From Octopus sinensis (lineage: Eukaryota): 64,000 nt of DNA. Shown here one piece after another: positions 26,901 through 39,300 of this stretch. The stretch lies in the NCBI RefSeq assembly GCF_006345805.1, contig NC_042997.1, forward strand, positions 115,134,001 to 115,198,000, written 5' to 3'. Positions within the stretch are counted from its first letter, which is position 1; each line of letters opens with the position of its first letter. The notes under the pieces were generated by a model. The model did not search any database and was not told where the DNA came from. It saw only the letters and a program-made list of their open reading frames with translations. The translations under genes were made by a program, and so were the position numbers.

Positions 26901-29069
26901 AATGATTCTGTCAACAGGTTCCCCATTAAAACCCCAAAGTTATGATTATGTTTACAGTCACATTAAGAACAATATTCTTCTGGGATCAATATCTGGTAAG
27001 CTATTGTTTTGTCTTTTACTCGCTTCGGTCTCTAGACCGTGGCCATGCTGTGGCATAGCCTTGAAGAATCTTTAGACAAGTGAATCAACTCCTCTTCAAT
27101 TTCCCTGACTCATCATCATCATTGTTTAACGTCTGCTTTCCATACTGGCATGGGTTGGACAGTTTGACTGAGGACTGGCAAGCCAGGAGGCTGCACCAGG
27201 CTTTAATCTGATCTGGCATGGTTTCTACAGCTGGATGCCTTTCCTAACGCCAACTATTCCAAGAGTGTAATGGGTGCTTTTTACATGCTACCGGCAATGG
27301 AGCCAGTCAGGCAGCACTGGCATTGGTCACGCTAGAATGGTGCTTTTTATATGCCATCATCACGGGGGCCAGTCAGACGGTACTGGCGTCAACCATGCTA
27401 GAATGGTGCTTTTTATGTGCTACTGGCATGGGAGCCAGTCGGGTGGTACTGACATCAGTCACGCTTGAATGGTGCTTTTTATGTGTTACTGGCACAGGAG
27501 CTAGTCAAGCGGCACTGGCATCAACTACACTAGAATGGTGCTTTTTATGTGCCACTGGCACGGGAGACAGTCAGGCGGCACTGGCATTGACCATGCCTGT
27601 CCATCATTAATCTTGGTCCATAATCCATACTTCGATTTTGTATTTAGTTTGCGAGATTCTTGATGTGAATTCGTGTTTTGAAACAAATTTTGTTGCGTTT
27701 TGCAGTGGGGGGATCGTTATGCCAATAATAAACACTTCTTTATTGTTAGTCAATTGGTTAAATGTCCATATTGTATGTTTTTTCTTTCTTTGCACTACTT
27801 TGGTTCTGCAATTCCTGATTTTAATGCTTACCATTTGATTAGAACTTTATATATTATAGAAATAAAGAGATCTCAAAGTAATTAGCAATTTAAATCAATT
27901 CAATCGTTAAAACACTCAAGTATCTCAGATAAACTTAATTGTACCGGTAAATGTTAAGTTATTGAAGCTTGTTTACAGTTGTTTTTTGTCCAGAGTTGCC
28001 TCCCTTACATCCTCCACACCATAAATAAACGATCGTGGCACTCCGTCGGTTACGACGACGTGATCCGATCAACGTAACAGCCTGCTCGCGAAATTAACGA
28101 GCAAGTGGCTGAGCACTCCACAGACACGTGTACCCTTAACGTAGTTCTCGGGGAGATTCAGCGTGACACAGAGTGTGACAAGGCTGGCCCTTTGAAATAC
28201 GGATACAACAGAAACAGGAAGAAAGAGTGAGAGAAAGGTGTGGTGAAAGTGTACAGTAGGGTTCGCCATCACCCCTGCCGAAGCCTCGTGGAGCTTTGGG
28301 TGTTTTCGTTCAATAAACACTTACAAGGCCCAATCTGGGAATCGAAACAGCGAGTTCCGCTACCCTAACCACTGGGCCATTGTGCCTCCACAGAGGAAGT
28401 ATATATGGTTGTCGTCGGCAGCACACATTTCTAGCTTTGTTGTTCAATTTTTTAATGCTCCATACCATTTAATTTTTACTTGTTTTGGTCTTTGTCCTCA
28501 TCTTGTTTGTTGTTAACACGTTTCAGCTGATATACCCTCCAGCTTTCATCAGGTGTCTTGGGGGAAATTTCAAACCTGGGTTCTCATTCTTAGGGTATTT
28601 TTCGATGTTATTATTATTATATGCCCATAGCCAACAGGCATATGGCTTAGTGGTAAAGAGCACGGGCTACTAACCCCAAGATTCTGAGTTCGAATCCAGG
28701 CAGTGACTTGAATAATAATAGCACCCACTACACTCTCGGAGTAGTTGGCATTAGGAAAGGCATCCAGCTGTTGAAACTTTGCCAGATCAGATTGGGGTCT
28801 GGTGCAGCCTCCTGGCTTGCCAGTCCCCACTCAAACCGTCCAACCCATGCCAGCATGGAAAGCAGATATTAATTGATGATGATGATGATGAATCCTGATT
28901 TATATTATATTATCATTTGATCATGGTTTTATTTTTCAGGTGGCACTGATATAATTGCATGTTTTATGGGACAAAACTGGACAATTCCTGTCTACAGAGG
29001 AGAAATACAGTCTTTTGCTCTTGGTTGTGCCATGGAAAGTTGGGACGAAAATGGTAAATTCTGCTTCTT

Positions 29070-29118
<49 letters not shown>

Positions 29119-30260
29119 ACATATACACCCAAAGACACATATTTTTATGCAGAAGCATAGCTGTGTGGTAAGAAGCTTGCTTCACAACGGCTCCGGGTTC
29201 AGTACTACTGCATGTCACCTTGGGCAAGTATCTTCTACTATAGACTTGAGCTGACCAAAGCCTTGTGGGTGGATTTGGTAGACGGAAACTGAAAGAAGCC
29301 CATCATATATATCTATATGTATATGTTTGTGTGTCTGTGTTTGTCCATTGACAACCAGTGTTGGTGTGTTTACATCCCTGTAACTTAGCTGTTCAGTAAA
29401 AGAGACTGATAGAATAAGTACTAGGCTTACAAAGAATAAGTCCTGGGATCGATTTGTTTAACTAAAGGCAGTGCTCCAGCATGGCCACAATCAAATGACT
29501 GAAACAAATAAATGAGAATGAGTAATCATTCTGTGTCTATTATTTACATTTGATGGATATTTGTCCTCATCTTGTTTCTTGTTAACATAACGTTTCAGCT
29601 GATATACCCTCCAGCCTTCATCAGATGTCTTGGGAAAATTTCAAACCTGGGTTCTCATTCTTAAGATATTTTTCAATGTTGTTGTTATTATTATTTTATG
29701 TTTGACTTTTGCTTTACATTTGTACAAGTTGGCTCCAAGTCTCACTCGGAGACCTCAAGAGACAACAAGTTGGAAGTTCATGTTGGTGTTATGTCTAGGG
29801 TGTCATATATTTGGTTTTGGACATAGTATTTGTTCTAGAGAATGTTTAAGAAAAACATGAGAAAATTATGAGTTTGTTTTAAAATTTGAGATCACATAGA
29901 AAGTATTTTACGTAGGATATGGGCAGTTCTCATGAGCACTATCTTTTTAATTTCTGCCATTTTGGGGTTTATTGTTATCTGAGTTAGGTAGCAATCAGCC
30001 CCTTTTGCTATCATTCCCAGGGCATTATTATTATTATTATTCTATGTTTGACTTTTGCTTTATATTTGTACAAGTTGGCTCCAAGTCTCACCCAGAGACC
30101 TCAAGTGACAACATGTTGGAAGTTCATGTTGCTGTTATGCCTAGTGTGCCATATATTTGGTTTTTTTTTTTTTGGTGTTGTACTAGTGAATGTCCAAAAA
30201 AAAAACGAAAATTATGTTTGTTTTAAACCCTGAGATTACATAGAAAATATTTTGCGTAGA

Positions 30261-30301
<41 letters not shown>

Positions 30302-33300
30302 TCACTGACTGGAATCAAACTTGGTTCAATTCCAGGCAGTGACCTGAATAATAATAAGAATAATAATAATAATAATAATAATAATATCGAAACATACCTT
30401 AGGAATAAGAACTCTGTACATTATTTACATTTGACAGATATTTGTCCTCATCTTGTTTGTTAACACAATGTTTTGGCTGATATACCCTCCAGCCTTCATC
30501 GGGTGTCTTGGGGAAATTTCGAACCTGGGTTCTCATTCCTAAGGTATTTTTCGATGTTATTATTATTACTCAGGTTACAGCCTGGAATCAAACTCAGAAT
30601 CTTGGGGTTAGCAGCCTGCACTCTTAACCACTATGCCATATGCCCGTGATGGAGGCTGGCGGTTATATAAGCTGAAATGTTGTGTTAATAACAAGCAAGA
30701 TGAGGACAAGTATCCATCATATGTAAATAATGTACATAATTCCTCATCTCTTAAATATAGAACTGTATGAGAACTCAGGTTCAAAATTTCCCCAAGACAC
30801 CTGATGAAGGCTGGAGGGTATATCAGCCGAAACAAGTATTTGGCAAATGTAAATAATATAAAAAAGTTTCTTAACTCCGCTCTCATACCTTCACTTATAG
30901 ATATGTCTCTACATAAAATGAATTTCTGTATTACAGAAATAATTAACAACTAAAATTAATCTTTGATTAATTTAAATCTTGTGATTATACTTCCTCTTTT
31001 TGTTCTTTTTTTTTCAGGTCACCATGTTTTAGAGCAGAGTGGAGAGCTTGTCTGTACAAAACCGTTTCCATCAATGCCAATATATTTCTGGAATGATCCT
31101 CAGAATTTGAAATACAAAAAAGCCTATTTTTCTAAATTTGCTGGTAAACCTCTTTCGTCCTTTTTTTGAGTGCTTTATTTTCTGCTTCAAAATACTTCAC
31201 TTACTCATTCACATTCTTTCCTTTCATCATCAATCTTCATCATCATCATCGTTTAACGTCCGTTTTCCATGCTGGCATGGGTTGGATGGTTCGACTGGGG
31301 TCTGGGAAACCAGGAGGCTGCACCAGGCTCCAATCTGATCTGGCAGAGTTTCTACAGCTGGATGTCCTTCCTAACGCCAACCACTCCAAGAGTGTAGTGT
31401 GTGCTTTTTATGTGCCGCAGGCACAGGGGCCAGAGGTGGCTGGCACCGACCACATTTGGATGGTGCTTTTACATGCCACCGACACAGGAGACAGTCGGGC
31501 CAAAGGGCTGGCATCGACCATGTTTGGATGGTACTTTTTACATGCCACCGGCACGATATTCTTTAATTATACTCATGTTAAGTGTGAAGGCACATGGCTT
31601 GATTTCAGCTCGCAATTGTAAGGCTATGAGTTCGATTCCCAGTGGTGTGTCATGTCCTTGAGCCAGATACTTTATTTCATGTTACTCCAGTCCATGCAGC
31701 TGGCAAAAATTTGATCAAATGATCGGTCTTGTCACATTCTGTCATCATTTAACTTCTGTTGTCCATGCTGGCATGGGTTGGATGGTTTGACTGTGCTGGC
31801 TGCTGGAAAGCTGCATCAGACTCCAGTCTGATTTGGCATGGTTTTCTATGGCTGGATGCCCTTCCTAATGCCAACCACTCCAAGAGTGTAATGGGTGCTT
31901 TAATGTGCCTCTGTTACAGGTGCCATTTGTGTGATACTGGGGTGCTTATACATGCCACCGGTTACTCCCATGACTGCGATTTTGCTCAACTTGATGGGTC
32001 TTCTTCTCAAGCACGACATAATGTAAAAGGTCTTAGTCATTGCCTCTGTGAGGCCCAACACTCAAGAGGAACTCAGCCACTCGAGTACTGGGCCTCACAG
32101 AGGCATCTCTGAGGACTATGTTATGGGTACGTGTGTCTGTGGAGTGCTCAGCCACTTGCATACTACTATCACAAGCCAGCTGTTCTGTTGACCAGATTTA
32201 CTGGAACCCTCGTCATCAAAAACAACTGTGCCAGTTCAGGGTATTTGGCTCATGATCATAAGGCTGGGAGTTCAATTCCCAGCAATGCATCGTCTCTTGA
32301 GCAAGTCACTTTTTTTCATGTTGTTCCAGTCCACTCAGCTGGCAAAAATGAGTGGTACCTATATTTCAAAGAGCCGGCCTCATCACATTCTGTGTCATGC
32401 TGAATCTCCCTGAGAACTACGTCAAGGGTACATATGTGTCTGTGGAGTGCTCAGCATGGGTTGGACAGTTGATTTTGACTGTTGTTCAGTTACGCCTACA
32501 TGCAGCCGAAGAAACATATTTTCATTGATCAACACCACCAGTCATCACCACAGACTAGACTAACAAGCCTCTTGAACGTGACATTCTGTATTTGCTTAAT
32601 GTTATCAGTCATTTATTGTTATTATAAAGGTTTCATCCCAATAAGCAGTTTCCATTCAAAACTGATAATAGTAAATACATGCAATTTTATGAGACACTTT
32701 CTGATCACATAGTTCCTTTTGTCTGCTAACCCATCTAAATTATGGATTCTGAAAGTAATCAATATATCATCATCATCACCTTTCTAATGTCCACTTTTCT
32801 GTGATTGCATAAATCAGATGGAGTTCAGTGAAAGATTGTCTTTGATCGGATGCCCTTCCTGTCACCAACCCTCGCCAAGTTCCATAGTCTGTTTTTGCTT
32901 GGTTTCCACAGCTGGATGCTCTTCCTTACACCAACTACTCCATAAAGTGTACCGGGTGCTTTTTACATGGCACCATCACCTGTGGAAAATTTGTTTTATT
33001 AATTTCCTTTAAAAATTCGGTTCTAGTGTTATCATCGTCATTTAATGTCTGCTTTCCATGCTGACATGGGTTGGACGGTTTGACTGAGAACTTGTAAGCC
33101 AGGAGGGAGGCTGCACCAGGCCCCAATCTGATTTGGCAAAGTTTCTACTGCTAGATACCCTTCCTAATGCCAACCACTCCGAGAGTGTGGTAGGTACTTT
33201 TTATGTGCCACCAGCACAGGTGCCGGTGAGGCAGCACCCGCATTGGCCATGCTCAAATGGTGGTGATTATGTGCCACCTGCATGGGTGCGAGTCGGGTGG

Positions 33301-36300
33301 CACTGGCATCAGTCACGCTCAAATGGTGCTTTTTATGTTCCACTGGCACAGGTGCCAGTCATGCAGCACTCGTATGGTGCTTTTTACGTGCCACCAGCAC
33401 AGGTGTCAGCCAGGCAGCACTGGCGTTGGCCACATTCGAATAGTGTTTTTTACATGTCACCAGCACAGGTGCCAGTTAGGTGGCACTGGCATCATCATGC
33501 TCAAATGGTGCTTTTTATGTGTCACTGGCACGGGTGCCAGTCAGGCAGCACTGGCATCAGCCACACTCAAATGGTGCTTTTTACATGCCACCAGCATTTA
33601 TGATTTAGTATCACTCTGTCAATAAATGTTATGTAAATAAACTTTTTTATTCTTCAGGTGTGTGGGTACAAGGTGATTTCTGCAAGATTAATCCTGACAC
33701 TGGAGGTATTGTAATGCTGGGTCGGAGGTGAATAATCACACTTCTTGTCTCATTTTATGTGAATATATATATATCTTAAGTTGTAGCAATGTGGGGTAAT
33801 AATGAAATAAGCTCGCAATCATGAGGCAATGAGTTCGATTCCCGGACCGGGCTGTGTGTTGTGTTCTTGAGCAAGACTCTTCATTTCACGTTGCTCCAGT
33901 TCACTCAACTGTAGAAATGAGTTGTGACGTCACTGGTGCCAAGCTGTATTGGGTTTTGTCTCTCCTTTGGATAATATCAGTGGTGTGGAGAGGGGAAGTT
34001 TGCATGCATGTGCACATAATGTTCTTATTGTAGTTGGAGGTACTTTGAATTCCAGTATCAATAGCTGAATCAGTTGTAAACATCATCGATGGTTTTCATA
34101 TGAAATTATATAGGGGTCAGCAAAAGTAGGTGGCACTGGTATCATCCACAACTACAATTTCCATTTGATTGTAATTTGATTTTGAATTTACTTGACTCAA
34201 TAGGTTTCCTCAAGCACAGCATGTCACCTGACGGTTCAAAGATACTTTTTAAACAGGTGGTGAGCTGGCAGAAACGTTAGTGCGCCAGGCGAAATGCTTA
34301 GCGGTATTTCGTTTGTCGTTACGTTCTGAGTTCAAATTCCGCTGAGGTCAACTTTGCCTTTCATCCTTTCAGGGTCGATAAATAAAGTACCAGTCTTGCA
34401 CTGGGGTCAATGTAATCGACTTAATCCCTTTGCCTGTCCTTGTTTGTCCCCTCTGTGTTTAGCCCCTTGTGGGTAGTAAAAAAATAGATACTTTTTAAAT
34501 AGGCTGGTTATGCAACAAGAGATTAAAAGAACATTTCACTCCTACTGAGCATTTGTATGCCTAATTTTGCTCATTCCTGTATATCCACAGTTGTATGTAT
34601 TGTGAAGGCATGTGGGCTGGTGCTTAGAGTACTGTGCTCACGATTATATAGTCATTAGTTCAATTCCTGTGCCAGGCAGTATGTTGTCTCTAAGCAAGGT
34701 GCTTAATTTCATTTTGCTTCAATCTGCTCAGTTAAAATAAGTACCAGCCTTCTGGCTGTTACATCGTTAATGACCCACTGGATCAGGGATGGGAGGCCTC
34801 TGCCTGCTTGTGACTACACACACATCCAAAGCAATTAGTGTAAATAGTGTACATGCTACCAAGACATCCTTGATTCCAAGTGTTTGGCTCTTGTAAAATG
34901 CAAATATATTCACACTCACACACACACGTATTGTTAATGTTATTAAAAAAAAAGTGCATAAAACGTCATCATTTAATATCCATGTTCCATGCTGGTATGG
35001 GTTGATTGGTTTGACAAGATCTGATGGGTCCAAGGACTGCATCATGCACCAGCATCTATTTTGGTATGGTTTCTACAGCCAGAGGCTATTCTTAGCAACG
35101 GCTATTTTACACTAAGCACTGGGTGCTTTTGTATGTGTATCTGTGCGAGTGTGAGACCACCACTACTGATTTACATTGTGCAGGTGGCACATAAAAAGCA
35201 CCATTTGAGCATGGCCATTGCCAGTACTGCCTGAATGGCCCTCGTGCCGGTGGCACGTAAAAGCACCCACTACACTCTCGGAGTGGTTGGCATTAGGAAG
35301 GGCATTCAGCTGTAGAAACACTGCCAGATCAGATTGGAGTCTGGTGCAACCATCTGGTTCGCCAGACCTCAGTCAAATCGTCCAACCCATGCTAGCATGG
35401 AAAGTGGACGTTAAGCAATGGTGATGACAGATATTTGTCACAATGTTTCGGCTGATATACTCTCCAGCCTTCATCAAGTGTCTTGGAGAAAATTTGGAAC
35501 CTGGGTTCTCATTTCTAAGGTATTTTTCGATGTTATTATTATTATATGCCCGTGGGCCCACAGGCATATGGCATAGTGGTTAAGAGCGCAGGCTACTAAC
35601 CCGAAGACTCTGAGTCCGATTCCTGGCTGTGACCTGAATAATAATAATATCAGAAAAATACTTTAGGAATGAGAACCCAGGTTTGAAATTCCCCCAAGAC
35701 ACCTGATGAAAGCTGGAGGGTACATCAGCTGAAACGTTATGTTAACAACAAACAAGATGAGGACAAACATCTGTCTAATGTAAATAATGTACATTATTCC
35801 TCATCTCTCAAATATAGAACTGTATCACCACTACTGAGGTCACCATGCCAGACTACAAACCTTGAGAGGTGGCTTTATGCTAGAAGATAAGAGGTTAAAG
35901 TATGAGAAGGGACCAGAGCAGGATGGGTTTCTTGCTGTAAAGGGACAGCATAGCTACACACATTATTATGTGTAAGGCAGCAGGCTGGCAGAATTGTTAG
36001 CATGCTGGGTAAAATGCTTAGCAGTATTTCATCTTTACATTCTGAGTTTGAATTCTGCCCCTTTCATCCCTTCAGCTGAATAATGAGATTGATGTAATCG
36101 ACTTACATGGTTCCTCAAAATTGCTGGTCTTGTGCCAAAATTTGAAATCATATATATAGTGCCCCAGCTTCAGTACTGCAATAAACTACAAGCAGGGCTG
36201 GATTAAGACCCATCAAGGCCCTAAGCACTTGAAAGATTTTGGTGCCCCCATAAAAAGATTATGTCATTCAAAATATAAACAATAACAAACCATAAAATAA

Positions 36301-39300
36301 ACTTTTATTTTTCAAAACAAACCAAACAGTAAGAGGGAAAATAATGTTTATTTTTGTCTACTTCTACTTTATTTATATTTGAAAAGTTTCCTCCTACTTT
36401 TCTGAATTACAAAGTCTTTGATCAAATCCTCAAAATTAATCTTAGGTAACACATCTGCATCTATGCTTAGTAGAGATAAAGGCATCCCGAATATTATTTT
36501 ATCAAGTTTAAAGTGATTTCTTTTGTGCCATAAACCATTTACCATTTCTGTGCTGCCCACTCCTTCCCTTAATGCCCTAAACACATGCTTATTTGGCTTA
36601 ATGGTTATTCCAGCACTGACCACAAGCATGCTAGTTCAAATTTTAGCCTTTCTAGCATAGAAAAAGCAAAATAAATCAAAAAGAAATGAAAACATTCTGT
36701 CCTATTACATACATCTTTATTCAAACCTACCACTTTCCATAATGTTTTTATTGCAGTGATGGTACCTTGAATCCCAATGGAGTACGATTTGGAAGTGCTG
36801 AAATTTATCAAGTTGGTAAGTTAGCATAAAAAATTTGACATTATTCTTATTTTTCTCTCCAAACTTCGTTGACAGTGTGTATTATGTTCTTTGGAGAATT
36901 TCTCAAAACTACGTAATACTGTTTTGGTGATTTTCATCATTTAGCATCCACATTTCCATGCTGGCATGGGTTAGACAGAATTTGTGGAGATAGATTTCAT
37001 TTGACTGGAGGCCTTTCCCATTGCCAACCCTCACCTGTTTCCAAGCAAAGTAAGATTTTCCTAATGGTCAGACATTGTTTTACACAGAAGATTAGAAATG
37101 AAAAGCAGTATTTGTATGATGGTAAAGTTCTCATGATGTCAAGACAAGGAGGCATACACATGCACACACACACAAACTTTCTCACATGTGCACACACATA
37201 CATAAACTCCACACACACCACCAATATATCATCTTAACATTGGCTTTTCCATGCCAGCATGGGTTGAACACTTCAACTAGATCCAAAGTGTCAGAGGACC
37301 TTACCTTGCTCAAATATCTCATTTTTGGCACGATTTCCACAGCTGGGTGCCCTTCCTAATGCCAACCACTTTATAAAGAGTATTTGGTGCTTATGTGACA
37401 CCATCATCCATGCCTTTTAGGTGTTAGTGGTGTTAGGGGATTAAATGGGTGGGGTGGGGGTGACAGGGTAATTACCTTCATGTGTGTTAAAACATTTTGT
37501 ATCTTAGAAGAGTCATTATACCAATATTATTATTATTATACGTTCGACTTTTGCTTTGGATTTGTACAAGTTGACTCCAAGTGTCACCCAGAGACCTGAA
37601 GAGACAACAAGTTGGAAGTTCATGTTGGTGTTATGCCTTGGGTGCCATATATTTGGTTTTGCACATAGTATTGTTCTAGAGAATGTTTAAGAAAACATAA
37701 GAAAATTATGAGTTTGTTTTAAAATTTGAGATTACATAGACAGTATTTTACATAGGATATGGGCAGTTCCCATGTGCACTATCTTTTGAATTTCTGCCAT
37801 TTTGGGGTTTCCTGTCATCTGAGCTAGGTAGGAATCAGCCCCTTTTGCTATCATTTCTAGGGCACCTATGACAACAGGTATTGTTTTAGTCTTCAGGTTC
37901 CACATTTTGCCAATTTCCATTTCAAGATCTTTATACTTGCCCAGTTTATTATTATTATTATTGTCACAATGGCCCTCTCAAGATACAACAAAAGAAGTGC
38001 AGCAGTATTTAAATGGTTTTAAGTAATCCCACTTTTAATATGGTTGTAGTTGAAACATTCGTTGAAATCCAAGATTGTCTTTGTGTGGCTCAAAGGAAAA
38101 TGGATGGATCAGATGAACGAGCAATCCTTTTTATCAAAATGGCAAATAACCAGCAATTCACTGAAGAACTAAAGAAAGATATTTGTTCTCACATCCGCAC
38201 ATCTTTATCGAGTCGGCATGTTCCTGCTTATGTCCTTCCAATCAAAGATATTCCAGTAAGTATCTTTTAACAGCTCTTATATTAATTCCCTCGGCAAACC
38301 TTTTTCTTTTCTCTTTTTTTTCCTCAGCTTCCATGCTTTATCATCATCATCATTTATTAATGTTCATTTTCCATGCTGGCATGGGTTCCATGGAGGCAAT
38401 GATAAATGACCTTTGGTAATATGCTGTGCTTGAGAAGGAAGATCTGTCAAGCCAAGTGAAATTGTAGTCATGGCAGATGCTGGTGTCACACAACTGGCAC
38501 CTGTGCCGGTGGCACATAAAAGCACTCATTACACTCTTGGAGTGATTAACATTAGGAAGGGCATCCAGCTGTAGAAACCTTGCCAAATCAGACTGGAGCC
38601 TGGTGCAGCCCTAGTCAAACTGTCCAACCCATGCCAGCATGGACAATGGACATTAAGTGATGATGATGATTTACATGGACCCTTAAAATACTACAGTGGA
38701 TCCCTATTTTGTTAGCATAGACCCCGCCCCCAATCTATAGTCCCTGGTTGAGAACCACTGATCTAAGTATTCATTTTTGTATCACTCACCAAGTCTCTTT
38801 GTAAGGAAGAACTTTTTGAGGGGCACTACCAGAAACATCATCATCATCGTTTAATGTCCGCATTCCATGCTGGCATAAGTGGGAGGGTTTGACAGGAGCC
38901 AGCCAGGCAGAAGCTTGCACCAGACTTCTGTGGCGGTTTTGGCAGGATTTTTACAACCCTTCCTAACATCAACCACCCTTCAGAGTGGACTGAGTCCTTT
39001 TTACATGGTGCAAGCATCAGCAAGGTCAGTTTTGGCAAGGTTTTTACAACTGGATGCTTTTTAAGTGGCACCTGCCTTGATGGGCTCGCCAAGTACCTTG
39101 CAAGGCAAAAAAATTTTTTGAGAGGAGATGGGGAATTGGAGGAGGTGATCTTGTGTCTGATGATGAAAGGTTATAGTGAGACAGAAACAGGAAGAGAGAG
39201 ATATAGATGGTGGCAAGTGCCAGGGAATAACCCTTGAGGTTCAAACGTCATAATATAAATGGCTCAGAATTCAATTATAGATTTTTCCTGATTTGCTAAA

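Noticed and set aside
27270-27590. Regularly spaced repeat units that look CRISPR-like (also 33190-33597, 14500-14725)
   Set aside because: Eukaryotic context; the spacers are homologous to each other; no cas genes; they are LINE 3' UTR tandem units
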